The translations under genes and the position numbers were made by a program. Shown piece by piece: positions 29,802 through 42,512 of a stretch of 64,000 nt of DNA; positions within the stretch are counted from its first letter, which is position 1; each line of letters opens with the position of its first letter. The notes under the pieces were generated by a model. That model was not told the DNA's origin and ran no database searches. It saw only the letters and a program-made list of their open reading frames with translations. Origin of the DNA: Felis catus (Eukaryota); NCBI RefSeq assembly GCF_018350175.1, contig NC_058381.1, positions 23,436,001-23,500,000 of the forward strand, written 5' to 3'.

Positions 29802-29990
29802 GGGGCGCCTGGGTGGCTCGGTCGGTTGAGCATCTGACTTCCGCTCAGGTCACATTCTTGTGGTTTGAGTTTGAGCCCCACATCAGTGCAGAGCCCGCTT
29901 TGGATCCGCTGTCCCCCTCTGCCCCTCTCCCACTTGTGCTCTCTCTCTCAAAAATAAAACATTTTTAAAAATTAAAAAAAAGAAAAAAAG
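29802..29990 (+). mobile_element. Can-SINE
   Basis: ggggcgcctgggtggctc head; degenerate TSD gaaa.t.actgc.ctg. Confidence 0.93.
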
Positions 29991-30084
29991 GAAATCACTG
30001 CTCTGCCATTGATTCCATGACCAGCTGGTATTTACTGTAGGAATAGGGGCATTTCTTGAATGAGAAGTTCTATTAACAAAATTT

Positions 30085-30530
30085 ATCACATATCAAATTT
30101 TAAAAAACCCCAAATGGTCATTTTTATGAATACTGAAAGAGCATTTGGCAAAGCTCAATGTCCTTTTTTGATGAAAATTATTTAAAAAAAACTAAAGATA
30201 CATTGTTAACATCATAAAGTATACCTATCTTATCAGTGACTTTCCTTAAAACGTCAGAATCAAGACAAGGAACCCTGTCATCACGACTATTACCTAACAT
30301 ACAAGATTTAATGATCAAGGTAATTAAACCAACAATGCAATTAATTTTCCAGAAAGTTTTTTCAAAGAGTTTCCAAATTATGATTATTTGTAGAACACCA
30401 GTCTGAGAGACTGAATCCACAAAGCACTATTTGCAGAAAGTCGAGATAAATCAACTCGGCAAATAATAGAACTAATGAAAGTTCTGTAAGGTAGCTGTTT
30501 ACAAATATGCCCAAATCGCTAGCTCACCAG
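30085..30530 (+). mobile_element. Ancient L1 ORF2 (reverse transcriptase region) relic
   Basis: gaaagagcatttggcaaagctcaatgtcc, aagacaaggaaccctgtcatcac and ctatttgcag motifs. Confidence 0.65.
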
Positions 30531-31019
30531 ATGCAGCTATGGAGCCTGGACTAAATGCATGGAGCAGCTATCATGAACAGAAGGAAAAAACAGGAACCTC
30601 AGGGAGGGACCAGAGAAGTCAGAGCCCCACCAAACCGGCATGAGGTTTGCCATTTTCCCCCTCTGGCCTCCCCTGGCCTGGACTCCAAGCAGACAGAGAC
30701 CTGGCCCTGCAGACGAGATGCAGATGGAGAGAAGCTATCTCCTATTCTAGGACAGGGAAGAAGGACCCTGGGGTGGGGTGGGGGGAGTCCTGTTTGTTTG
30801 TTGTTGCTTCTCCCTGACACCAGCCCCTTGGCAAGCCCACCGCAGCCCACCGCGGCAGGTGCCTAAAAGTGCAGGGAAGGAACTCCTCTCTGTCCAGTGG
30901 AACCGCAGTCCCCTGCTGCAAGGGAGTGATGACCATTGTGAGTGATGACCATTGCTTTCTCTCTCCCTCTCTCCCTCTGGGTTTTCTTATTGGACCTCTT
31001 ACTGTGATGACATTTTCTT

Positions 31020-31238
31020 CTTGCTTGCTTGCTTGCTTGCTTATTCATTTTTGAGAGAGAGAGAGGGAGAGCGCGAGCAGCAGAGGGGAAGAGAGAAACA
31101 GAGACACAGAATTGGAAGCAGGCTCCAGGCTCCGAGCTGTCAGCACAGAGCCCGATGCAGGGCTAGAACTCAAGAGACGTGAGATCATGACCTAAGCTGA
31201 AGTCAGACACTCAACTGACAGAGACACGCAGGTGCTCC
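31020..31238 (-). mobile_element. SINEC_Fc-type SINE with a (CTTG)n tail microsatellite
   Basis: TSD gatg(a/g)cattttctt; typical SINE body. Confidence 0.92.
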
Positions 31239-31254
31239 GATGGCATTTTCTTAA

Positions 31255-33010
31255 TAGAACTCTGACACCAAAGGGAAATTTGAAACTTTGGGAATGGAAG
31301 AAGAGCAACAGAAATAGGAATTATTTGGGTAAATGTAACCAACTATTTTTTTCATCTTGAGCCCTTTATAATGTGTATAATCGGCGAAAGCAAAATTTAC
31401 ATAACATGGTCTGGTGGGACTTTTAGTAAATGTATATCTATATGGTAGTAAGATTCCTACACTTCACTTGAAGTGACAAAATATTAATCCTAAATAGACT
31501 ATGAAAAGTTAAGTGTTTTTTGAAATCCCTAGAGACACCACATTTAAAAATTACACAAAAATGGGGCACCTGGGTGGCTTAGTTAGTTGAGCACCCGACT
31601 CTTGATTTCGGCTCAGCTCATGATCTCCTTCCTGGTTGGTTGTGAGATTGAGCCCCTCACTGGGCACCACCCCACCTCCCATGCTGAGAACCTGCTTAAG
31701 ACCCCTTCATGCCCTTTGCCCCTCCCCCACTGCTCTCTCAAGCGCTCCTGTGCTCTCTCTCTAAATTAAAAAAATCACACATAAAGATACAGTAAAAAGC
31801 TCAATAGACACATTTTTAAAAATGGGATGCAATTTTTAAAAAATGGGATGCAAACAACATTTCAAATAATCTGGAAGAAGACAAGAAAAACAGGAATGAA
31901 AAACATAGGGAACAAATAGAAAACAAGTAATAAAAGAGTAGCCCTAAATCTAAACATGTCAATAATTAAATTCAAAAGATCTAAGTTATGCTAGTTAAAA
32001 GAGATTGTCAGGATGTTAAAAAAAAGAAAACACCTCAAGACCTATTTATTATTTATTAGAAACCCATTTTAAGTAAATAGTGTAGGTTAAAAATAAAAGG
32101 ACAAAAAAGAAAACTATAGCATGCAGATACTGATCAAAAGAGCTGGAATAGCTACATTAACATCAGACAAAATCAACATCAGAGCAAGGACATTTACCAG
32201 CGATAAAGGAGGACATTATAGAAGGTCAACACGCGACGAAGACATAGTAATCCTAAATGGCCATGTACCTAACAACAAATATTTAAACTGTGAAGCAAAC
32301 ACTGCTAGAACCAAAAAGAGAGATGTTGAATCCACATACTATTAGAGGTGGAGACTTCAACACTTACTCCTTCTTCAGTAATCAATAATAGAATGAATAG
32401 ACCATAGTCTGGATCATAAAATGAACCTCAACAAATTTCGAGGAATTAAAATCACACAATATGAGCTCTGGCCACAAAGGAATTAAACCAGAAATCAATA
32501 ACTGGAAAAATCTCTAAATCCTTGGAAATGGACATACTTCTAAGTAACCCCTGGTCCAAGGGAAAGTCTCCGAGGACATTAGAAAGTCAGAAAATCATTT
32601 AAACTGAACAAAAACAAAAAATACAACACATCAAAATGCATAGGTGCAGCTAAAACAGGGCTTTGATGGAAATCTGTAGCATTAGAAAAATTAGGAAGAA
32701 CAGTCTCAAATCAATAATCTCCATTTCAAACACAAGCTGTAGAAAAATAAGAGAAACCTAAAGCAAGCAGAAGGAAGAAAATTATGCTGAGTGAAGGAAG
32801 CCACTCTCAAAATGTTACATACCAGATGACGCTATGTACATGGCATTATGGAAAAGGCAAAACATAGGAAAAACAAATCTGTGGTTTGCTAAGGATTGGG
32901 ATGGGAGGAAGCATCCAACTGCAGGGAAGCCTGAAGGAGTGTTTTGGGGTTGATGGAATCCTTGTTGTGGTGGTGGTTACATAAATCTATTCAGAGACTC
33001 CGGAACATAT
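31255..33010 (+). mobile_element. Ancient L1M relic (inter-ORF, endonuclease and 3' end pieces)
   Basis: ORF 32121-32345 reads as degraded L1 endonuclease (RAGIATLTSDKIN...DKGGHY); tatgctgagtgaaggaagcc 3' motif. Confidence 0.8.
31563..31775 (+). mobile_element. Older Can-SINE inserted in an L1 relic
   Basis: ggggcacctgggtggcttag head, cttgatttcggctcag motif. Confidence 0.88.
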
Positions 33011-33040
33011 ACTCCCTCAAAAGTCTATAACAATGATAAG

Positions 33041-33166
33041 TGGGGGAGAGGCAGAAGGAGAGAGCGAGGGAGAGAACCTGAAGCAGGTTCCACACGATCT
33101 CACCAACTGTGAGATCATGACCTGAGCCGAAAATCAAGCTTAACCGACTGAGCCACCAGGTGCCCC
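33041..33166 (-). mobile_element. Can-SINE (internally deleted)
   Basis: gagatcatgacctgagccgaa...gagccaccaggtgcccc; flanking aatgataa repeats. Confidence 0.85.
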
Positions 33167-33189
33167 AATAATGATAATTTAAAACATCT

Positions 33190-33192
<3 letters not shown>

Positions 33193-33236
<44 letters not shown>
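33193..33236 (+). repeat. (TC)22 microsatellite
   Basis: Directly read. Confidence 0.95.
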
Positions 33237-33239
<3 letters not shown>

Positions 33240-33366
33240 GTCTCTCTCAGTCAGTGTACAGAGTGTTCACCTTTAGGTACCCATAGTGGACAGTGTGCCA
33301 GGTAGCACTAAACGTATTTTTTAAATGGATGAAAAGCATTCATTCTGAAATGACTCACTGTACTCA

Positions 33367-33590
33367 GGGCACCTGGGTGGCTCAGTTGGTTAAACCTCTG
33401 ACTCTTGATTTCAGCTCAGGCAGTGATGTCACAATTCATGAGATCCAGCTCGGAGCCCCGAGCCCAGTGTGAGGCCCTGCACTGGCAGCATGGAGGCTGC
33501 TTGGGATTCTCTCTCTCCATCTCTCTGCCCCTCCCCTGCTCACGCTCTCTTTCTCTCTCTCTCTCAAAATAAATAAACTTGCAAAAGAAA
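33367..33590 (+). mobile_element. Can-SINE
   Basis: 20-bp TSD gaaat(g/c)actcactgtactca (33347-33366 and 33591-33610). Confidence 0.95.
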
Positions 33591-33994
33591 GAAATCACTC
33601 ACTGTACTCAAAATATGGGGCCAATATTCCTAATAATAATGATAAGAGCTAACTAACATCTTTTGGCTGCTTTTAATTTACCAAGCACAGAAAAGATCCT
33701 GGATGTGTTATCCTACCGCAGTTATAACTTAAACCATCCTATTACATACAAGAATATATTCTGTAGCTATTTTTATTACTTAAAAATTTCAACTCTTTTT
33801 TTGTTCTTTGTTTCTTGAGGCAGACATTCTTTAATCTATTAAGAAGCATCACCTCTTGTTCAGGTAAATTGTGGCAATTCAGCAGAATGGCCAGCAGATG
33901 GAGACAGAGAACATAAAGTCGTTTCGACCCGGGGCTTGTTTCTCAGGCTCGGGAGCCGGGGAACCTAGATTTCGCGTCGCTCTCAGTAAGTAGA

Positions 33995-34248
33995 GCGCTG
34001 AATCTCGAACCTGGAGAAGTTTAAAAACTACAGATTCTGAGTTTATCAGCCTGGGGTGCAGTCTTGCCATTAGCAGGTTTAAAATCTGTACCAGCGATTC
34101 TAATCACAGCAAAGTTTGAGACCCACTACCTAAGAAGGAGCAAAAGCAGTGGGTCTCAAGCTGGCGAGTTTCAGAATCACCTGGAGAACTTGTGAAAAAC
34201 AGAAACTCGGGCTGTTGGAGTCTTCATTCTTTTGAGAACCAGTGCATA
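33995..34248. mobile_element. Two MER5A-like hAT fragments
   Basis: cctggagaagtttaaaaactacagatt...gcgattctaat...aaagtttgagacccact and cagtgggtctcaag...agaatcacctggagaac. Confidence 0.65.
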
Positions 34249-34688
34249 CCGAAAGGGTGATATATTGCTATAGTTAAATATATAGACAGGACTAAATCTG
34301 ATATCATCTTATACTGGATTCTAATATACCAGTAACTTCAGGCATCAAATGTTTAAGAAAATCTTATAGCAGATAAATTTTAATTGAAAACAACGCTAAC
34401 CATGAACTTTCCCTTGGGTCAGCTGGGCTATCTCGTAGAACACAGGAGCCAATTCCCTCTCCAGAGAAGCACAAGCTGCTGTCAGGTTCCAAGAGTGTTA
34501 ATATTTGGCCACTTTGCAGCAGGGGATTAGGAAAAAGTTGAGGTCCTTGGGCAAATGGATTACCAGCCTTCATGAAGTATGTTCCCCAGATTTGTTTTCA
34601 CTTTCTTTCACCAAAGTATTTAAATTATTTAATATTAGAGCCTATATAATTTTCTAAATAACATTTATCTCTTTTCCATATTATAAAA

Positions 34689-34901
34689 AAAATTTTAATA
34701 TTTATTTTTAAGAGAGAGACAGAGACAGAGTGCAAGGGGGGGTGGGGCAGAGAGAGAGAGGGAGACACAACCCAAAGCAGGCTCTAGGCTCTGAACTGTC
34801 AGTGCAGAGCCCGACGCGGGGCTCGAACCCACGAACTGAACCGTGAGATCATGACCTGAGCCAAAGTCGGATGCTCAATCGACTGAGCCACCCAAGCACC
34901 C
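34689..34901 (-). mobile_element. SINEC_Fc-type SINE
   Basis: Perfect 20-bp TSD ctcttttccatattataaaa (34669-34688 and 34902-34921). Confidence 0.97.
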
Positions 34902-35044
34902 CTCTTTTCCATATTATAAAAGTAATGAATCTATCTTCACTATAGAATTTTTTCAAAAAAAAGAAAAAACAATAAGTATGTGTAAGTAAAAATGACTTGT
35001 GATGATTGCTATTACCATTTTGGTATGTTTCATTTTAGACTTAA

Positions 35045-35240
35045 AATTTTTTTTTAAGTTTATTTATTTATTTATTTTTAGAGAGACAGAGACAGGGCGA
35101 GTGGGGGTGGGGCAGAGAGAGAGGGAGACAAAGAATCCCAAGCAGGCCCTGTGCTGTCGAACTCCCCAAACTGTGAGATCATGACTTGAGCCAAAACCAA
35201 GAGTCAGATGCTTAACCAACTGAGCCACCCAGGCGTCCCT
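35045..35240 (-). mobile_element. Can-SINE
   Basis: Poly-T, (GA)n tract, gagccacccaggcgtccc end. Confidence 0.92.
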
Positions 35241-36529
35241 TTTTCCTTTTCTTTCTTTTTTTTCTTTTTTTGTTTAAAAATTCTTTTTAAGTTCATTTTA
35301 GACTTTTGATGATACATGCATGTGTGAGTGTATGCCATCCATGTGGACTCATATGATCACTCTTCGATATATAGGGTGGGAAGTTAGTCTACAAAATTGT
35401 GATAATAACCTATGTAGTTTTGGATAGTCTGCTATTTTATTTAATAACCTATGATAGCCTTAAATATTTTCCTAAAACATTATTTTAATGACTTGAGAGT
35501 AGTCCACAGTCAATACGTCGTGATTTTAACCAGTTCTCCATTGCTGGATGGTGTTTTCCAATTGTTTGTTGACTTACATGCAGCTCTTTCACAGACATTA
35601 GAGTTTTATTTGGATGTGTGATATGAGGCAGAGATGTTGTAACTGTATGCCTCTCCGATCATCTCTGTACCACTGATTTAATAATCACACCATCCTTCCT
35701 GGGTTTGACGTGCTTTGTTGCTCAGATGCTACCTGCTTATACTCCCACAGGGCTGTGGTAGGCTTCCCAGTGTATTCAGCCCTCTGCCCCTCTATCCTGG
35801 TGCTAGTGCCCAGTGTATTGACAACTGAGATGGTGGGTGGGTCAGTGGTCACTTTGGGAGTGAGACTGATGGTAGGATAGGGGAGAACCTGCAGGCTCTA
35901 CCTTTCCAGGAGGCTGCCTGGATACACGATCTCATTAGCTTTCATCACCTTGTACCCACATGGCCACCAGTCCCTAAGCCCCGGCCCTTCCTCCTTCCTG
36001 AAACTATGACAACAGCCTCCAAGTGAGTGATCTGCCACTAACAGGTCCGTAGGTCTCCTCCCCTTTCTCACTGCTCCCTGAGCCCTTCACATGGCATCAC
36101 TGCCTACCAGCCCCCTCCCCCACCCCAGCCACCGGTGGGCTCCATGCCTGTGCAGGCCTTTGGTCAGTCCAGAGGCTCCCAGCCCTTCGGGCACCATGTC
36201 CTCTGGGCCGCCTTCCGTGAGCACCCCTGACATGGGGTATTGTGGTACTCAGCTCATAGGGTTGTTATAGGATTAAATGAAATGATCAAGCCCCTAGCAG
36301 AGAGCCAAGCACTAGTAAGACGGAAGTGAATGCTAGCTATTATCACTGTGTCTATTATGCTCCTTACCATATTGCTCACCACCCTGTATAACAATCACCC
36401 TTTTACCTGGCTGTCTTCCTACCAGACTGTGGGCAATTTGAGGGTTAACATCGTGTCTTCTCACCTTTTTATCTCCCCCACCAAGCACTGGGCCAAGCAC
36501 AGAGCAGGTGCTCAGCAAGTGCCTGCTGA

Positions 36530-36640
36530 ATGCAATGTGAAATATCCCTATTTCACAGATGAGCAAACTGAGTCCCACAGAGGGAAAAATGACTCACCCC
36601 TAATGATGCTGCCAGTAAGGGACAGAACAGGAAATGAATT
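36530..36640 (-). mobile_element. MIR SINE
   Basis: ccctatttcacagatgagcaaactgagt core (reverse). Confidence 0.7.
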
Positions 36641-38429
36641 CAGGCCTTGGAGACTCCTTTGTCCAATGCTGTTCTCTCTATACTGCTATTACCTTGAGGC
36701 CAGATATAGAAGGAATGAAAATACAAAAAGGAGTGATTTTCAAGCCTATTATTTTTCTGCTGTGTTTTACTCTGGTCTTGCCAGCTTTGGTTTTCCTGAT
36801 AATTCAGGAGCTCAAGGGAAGACCTTCATACAGCCTTGCTCTCAGGAGGGCGAGCTGTGACATTAGAGCTGACAGCAGCCTTCTGGGTCATCCAGTCCAC
36901 CCTCTTTACCCCTTCACCTCAAGGCAAATCAAGACTCTGAGAGGGAAGTCAGTCACCCACAGCCACACAGCAGAGCTGAACTCCCTTTACAGTGCTCCTC
37001 TTATCCGTGAGAAGTAAAGTGGTGTCAGCATGGCTGAGCAGCTGAAGGGAGTTCAGTTATTTACAGGGCAAATGTTCCATGGAAGCCTCCAGCACAAGCC
37101 GCAGAGCCCTGCATCCTCCAACAGGCCCTCTAGAGATGGCACAGGCCGTGCCAGGGGGCAGGGAGAGGACAGGTCAGCAGGCAGAGAGTGCATGGTCTGG
37201 GCCCCACCCAGAGGGACGGGTATAGTCCACACTCTGCCAACTGTTGATGGGCCATGCTCTTTATAGCTTCCTCAAGAGGAAGACGATTACCTTCCCCAGC
37301 CTGAAGATTTATGGCTAAAGAAGGGACAAGGGACACTCCACTCCATTCAGGCCCTTTGAAAGTGGACTTATAGGATTATCTCTGGGTTGGGGCACTTTGC
37401 CTTTAGCTGCAGAAGGATTGTCACTTGCAGTCCCCGCTTTTCTGCCAACACCTGCTGGCACCAGGGCCGCAGCTAGAGAGACGAAGCACATTTGCCTAGG
37501 TAGGGAAATGCGGTTGGAGGTGGCCCAGGTGTGGAAGTGAGGCTGAAACTCCACAGTCCGGGTAGTGGTGGTGGGCGGGGCCAGCTGATGGCCCCAGGAT
37601 TAGTGCTGGGACTTGGAAGAGGCTGGTCAGGCAACTGGTAGGATTACCTACCTGGCTCCAGTCCTTCCAGAGACCAGTAGGCATCCTGTCCTTCACCCAT
37701 CACCCTCCCCCACCCACCACACAAATCTGCCTGCTGTCAGGCAGCTGCAGGTTGAGGATATAAAGATAGATAATACACTCGCCCTGGCCTTAAGGAGCTC
37801 AAAGAGAGGCCAGTAAACACAACGTGACAGCCAGTGTGGAGCCAGCCCCCCTGTGAGAGCAGACAGCAGAGGGACCAGTCTGTCCAAAGGCATGGAACAG
37901 TAGCAAGGGGCCATACGAGTCAGGAAGAGGAAGGAGGCAGGATAGGGAGGTAGGTGCATGGAGGTCACAGAGACCATGCGTCCATCCTGGGGAGCTCAGG
38001 TTTTTCGAGGGCCACAGGGAGCCATAAGGGGTTTTAAGAAGAATGCGGGTGACACACTCAGATTTGCACTGAGATGGCAGCATGAAGCTTGGGTTAGAGG
38101 TGCTGTGGCTCCCATACTTGGCTGTGCTTGTAATTTCCTAGGAGCTGTAGAAAGACTGATACCTGGGTTCCCCCTCCAGAGAGGCTGCTGTAGTGGGTCT
38201 GGGGTGTGGCCTGGGCACTGGGATGTTGAACTCCTCCTCCCTGCCGAGTCCAATGTACAGCAGAGGGTGACCCACTGGAGAGAAATCCCAGTAGGAGGCA
38301 CTGTGGCCATCTAGGTAAGAAGTGGCCAGGCAGTTTCTGGAGATGCAGGAGGGCACACGTTCAGGGGAGAGAACTACAGCCCACGGTGGGTGGTTGGATG
38401 TGGCTTCTTGGAGAAAAGGGAGAGAAAAC

Positions 38430-38735
38430 AGTCTGGAAGTTCTTCAAAAGGTTAAACATTGAGTTACCATGTGTTCCAGCAACTTAGATACATACCCCAG
38501 AGCAACAAAAATATACATTCGTATCAGACAGAAGGTAGATTATTGGCTGCCTAGGGCTGGGGTGCTGGGCAGATTAGGAGCAGATGGCTAAGGGCTATGG
38601 GGTTTTCGGGGCAGAGGGGTAATGAAAATGGTCTCAAATCACGTGATGGATACCCACCTGATTAGTAAAAGCCACTGAATTGCACACTTTAAGTGGATGA
38701 ATTGTGAGGTATGTGGGTTGTACCTCAATGACGCT
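38430..38735 (+). mobile_element. Ancient L1M 3' fragment
   Basis: aaacattgagttaccatgtg...attggctgcctagggctgggg...actgaattgcacactttaa motifs. Confidence 0.7.
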
Positions 38736-39766
38736 GTTAGAGGGAGAAAGAGAAGTTTCAAGCACGACCCTCGGTTTGCTGATGCGGGTGTCAGCTAGAT
38801 GGTGGCCTCATGAATCAGGCAGCAGGTGTGGGAAGAGGAGCAAGTCCGGGACAACATGATGTTGATGTAGTCCCTCATTCAGCAAATGGATTCTGAGCAC
38901 CAGGCAGTGGGGTACAGCAGTGAACAAATCAAATATGCCTTCCCTGTGGATCTTACCCTCCAGCGGGGGAAGAGAAAATAATACAATAACTAACTTAGTG
39001 TGTCAGGCCATCAGTGAGGCAGGTGGCCCTATATCCCAGGAGGACGGGGAACACTGGGCCAGGGCTGCAGCTTTAGATGAGGCAGTGGAGAAGCCGTCCA
39101 GCAAAGGAGACATTTGAGGAATGTAGGGGCGAGGCTCCGAGGAACAGGGGGTAGAGCAGAGAACAGGAGCAGAACCATGAGGGCCTTGCCCTCCCCCTCC
39201 CCCGCCCCCTGCGGATACTGGGCTCGCTCTGAGAAGACAGCAGCCTTGGGAGGTCATGATCGGAGCAGTGCCATGAGCTCACCTACCTTGTGTAAGACTC
39301 CCTCTACTTCTGGTTTCTCCGCCTCAACACTATCGACCCCTGGGGCAGGATAATCCCTTGTTCTGGAGCCTACTCTCAGCATGCGGGACCCCTGACCATG
39401 CAGCAGCATCTCTGACCTCCGCCAATGCCTCTCTGGGCTCTGTTGCCCTTCCCTACAAAGTGAGTGAATGGTGCCTGGCCTGGCTAACTCTTTCAGGAAG
39501 GAAGTGTGAGTTTGCAGAGAAAGCATGGGCTTTCCAGTGTCAGAACCGTTTTCTAATGGGGCTCTTCCATACACTGGCTGTGTGGCCTAGGAAAAATGAC
39601 TTGGATTCTCTGAGCCTCACGCACAGTCATCTGTCAATTGAAAAGGAAAAAAAATACATATGGCATATATAAATGTGCAATGCCTGGCACGTACTAGAGG
39701 TGCAACAAATGTGGGATCCCTTCCCTGCTCAAAGGGTGTGTGGGGATTAAAGAGCCCCTTCTCAGG

Positions 39767-39965
39767 GGGGCGCCTGGGTGGCTCAGTTGGTTGAACGTCC
39801 AACATTGGCTCCGGTCATGATCTCGCAGTTTGTGAGTTCCAGCCCCATATCGGGCTTGCTGCCGTCAGTGTGGAGCCCGCTTCAGATCTTCTGTTCCCCT
39901 CTCTCTCTGTCCCTCCCCTGCTTGCACTCTCACAAAAATAAATAAAACGTTAAAAAAAAAAAAAA
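39767..39965 (+). mobile_element. SINEC_Fc-type SINE
   Basis: TSD agccccttctc (39753-39763 and 39966-39976). Confidence 0.95.
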
Positions 39966-40429
39966 AGCCCCTTCTCGGTAAGGCCTCCCTGGCCATCCTG
40001 ATGCAAATGTGAGCCCCCACTGTCCACCCCAACCTTGTTCATGTCCCCTTTTCTTCCTCATTGTTTATCACTATCTAACATGTTACTTATCTGGTTTATT
40101 GTCTCCATCCCTCCCTAGAACGACTCTGACTCCAGGTAGGGTATTTGTATCTGGATGGTTTACTAATGCCCGAAGCCTAGAACAATACCAGGATGCGAAT
40201 TTTTGTTGAATGCATGGTAGTTTCTTCGGCTATTATGCTGTTGTGTTATCAGGTTTCATTTCTTCCACACCTCGGAAGTCAGTGCAACGCACCTGTAGTA
40301 GGCATGCAGCTGTTAGACAGCAGAGCCCCAGAAACAGTTTGAGCAGAGACCACAGGGGAGATGGGGAACAAGGAAGAGCCTACAGTGGGAGGCAGGGAGC
40401 CATTAAACGCAGTCAAGACTTCCGGGTCA

Positions 40430-40655
40430 GGGCAGCCTGGATGGTTCAGTCGGTTATTTCTGACTTTGGCCCAGGTCATGATCTCACAATCCGTGGGTTT
40501 GAGCCCCACATTGGGCTCTGTGTTGACGGCTCAGAGCCTGGAGCCTGCTTGGGATTCTGTGTCTCCCTCTCTCTCTGCCCCTCCCCTACTTGCTCATTCT
40601 CTCTCTGTCTCTCTCTCTCTCTCTTTCAAAAATAAAAACATTAAAAAAAAAAAAA
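40430..40655 (+). mobile_element. SINEC_Fc-type SINE
   Basis: Typical body, (CT)n tract, A tail. Confidence 0.93.
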
Positions 40656-41084
40656 GCTGCTGGGTAATAAGGCAAGAGTCTTCTGGGCTCTCCCACCCCA
40701 CCACACAACAGATAATGTTGCTTTCTCGATCTCTGGCTTACTCCAGGCACAAGAGAGGATGAAACCTCCTCCCTTAAAAACCAACTGAGTCCATAAGAAA
40801 GCGACCCATGAAGTGTTACTACGAGGGCCCCCAGAATCCATCGCCTCTGGCGTCCACTGCTCCATCTCGGCTTTCTGGGCATCTCACTTCCTTGGTTTCT
40901 TAAGCTGCATCAGTTTTGATTGACTCTGGCCCCATGACCGATGTCCTCAGTATGGGATCATCTTTCCAAGCTCTGATCTTGATTTCACGTTACCCCTCTA
41001 GTTTCATGCACCCAACGTTTGGGTAAGAGGCGCCTTGCTCTCTGATCCCCATTCCTTGCTCCGCAGGGGACAGTGGAGCAGAAT

Positions 41085-41290
41085 GAGGGCTTAAGGTCAG
41101 GTGGCCTTAGGTTACCAGCTGTGACACCCTGGTCAACTTACCTGAGCCTCAGTTTATTCATTTGTAAACGACAAGGATCAACATCATCTTGCAAAGTGTT
41201 GTCAGCAGTGAGTCTCAAAACGTGTGCTTTGGAATATCAATCAGATGAGGTGTGTGAGAGAGGGTTTTGCTGTTAGGTGAGTCTGGCAAA
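41085..41290 (+). mobile_element. MIR SINE
   Basis: agctgtgacaccctggtcaacttacctgagcctcagtttattcatttgtaaa core. Confidence 0.7.
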
Positions 41291-42110
41291 TGTTGAATAT
41301 CACATCCCCATCTTGGGGATTCCTGACTAATAATAATTCCTGATTAAGCAAGCTCTGAGAAACCTGTAAAATAATCCATTTAACCTCGATCAACACGGCC
41401 TTTGCCAAGCAACAGAATCATTTTTGCAAGGAACACATGTTAGCATCTGCAGAGCTAAGGATCTCTGTAATGCACTTTGGGAAAAGCTGTTGTGGACGAT
41501 TCAGTGAGATGCTAGCACATGGCTATCAGCAAGCTGCGGCCCATGCACAGAGGACCCCGAGCGAGTATGAGCGCCCTCTACACTTCTTCCCCGAAAGTCA
41601 CCAGTGTTCATTCAAACCTTTCCTAGCTTGGCCACAAATGAGCATTTTTTAGGCCGTTGCGATAAGTAGTTTTCCAGAAAACTGTTGTTGATCCCTTTAC
41701 ACAAAGGGAGAATCACATAAGTTAATGACGTGTGTAACTTTTGAAGCTGAAATACGGGCACTCACAAGCCTAGATGTGAAGAACGCTGCTCTTGGATTCC
41801 AGGCGGGTGACGGGTCCCACCTGCACCAGCAGGAGGTGGTGAAGTTGGGTAACTTGCCCAAAGTGGCAGAGGCTGAGCTCTTTCCAGTAACAACCTTGCA
41901 CACACAAACCAGCGTGCGTCCCATCACACTGGTCCAGATCTAAGTGCCTTCAGGCCCCATCTTTTTGGAAAAAGTCTGTATCTCAAAAGCCTTGAAGATC
42001 TTCCTGCCTGGGAATGCCCCTTCTGGAATTACTGTAAGGTGCAGACAAATGCAAAATGCAGACAAAAACAAAATGCATACAAGGTGATAGGCATAAAGAT
42101 ACTCATCACA

Positions 42111-42280
42111 GAGGCTCCTGAGTGGCTTAGTGGGTTAAGCGTCTGACTCCTGGTCTGGTCACGATCTCAGTTTGTGAGTTCGAGACCCTCATCAGGCAAA
42201 GTCTGCTTGGGATTCTCTCTCTGCCCCTCCCCTGCTTGCATGTGCACTCTCTCTCTCTCAAAATAAATAAACTTTAAAAA
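42111..42280 (+). mobile_element. Can-SINE (first of a tandem pair)
   Basis: Degenerate head, (CT)n tract, aataaataaac tail. Confidence 0.88.
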
Positions 42281-42287
42281 GGTGGGA

Positions 42288-42512
42288 AGGCGCCTGGGTG
42301 GCTCAGTAGGCTAAGCGTCCAACTTCAGCTCAGGTCGTGATCTCAGGGTTTGTGAGTTCAAGCCCTGTATCAGTCTCTGTGCTGACAGCCCAGGGCCTGG
42401 AGCCGGCTTCAGATTCTGTCTCCCTCTCTCTCTGCCCCTCCCCCACCCATGCTCTGTCTCTCTTTGTCTCTCAAAAATAAAAATAAGCATTAAAAATTTT
42501 TTAAAAAAATAA
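42288..42512 (+). mobile_element. SINEC_Fc-type SINE (second of a tandem pair)
   Basis: ggcgcctgggtggctcag head; outer 17-bp TSD with 2 mismatches brackets both SINEs. Confidence 0.92.

Noticed and set aside
30924-31853. Short tandem duplications (gagtgatgaccattg x2; tttttaaaaatgggatgcaa x2)
   Set aside because: Ordinary slippage duplications in repeat-derived DNA; no array or spacer structure.
33975-34010. ctcagtaagtagagcgctgaatc resembling a tRNA A-box
   Set aside because: No cloverleaf or B box; better explained as the end of a MER5-like element.
34497-34509. GTTAATATTTGGC as an HNF1 site
   Set aside because: Only one half-site matches; expected by chance.
36330-37017. 176-aa and 127-aa ORFs
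   Set aside because: They run through L2 and MIR fragments and have no recognisable domain.
38791-38806. CAGCTAGATGGTGG CTCF-like motif
   Set aside because: Three mismatches to the core; too weak without ChIP data.
41568-41587. Minus-strand TAGAGGGCGC CTCF-like core
   Set aside because: The 5' half of the motif does not match.
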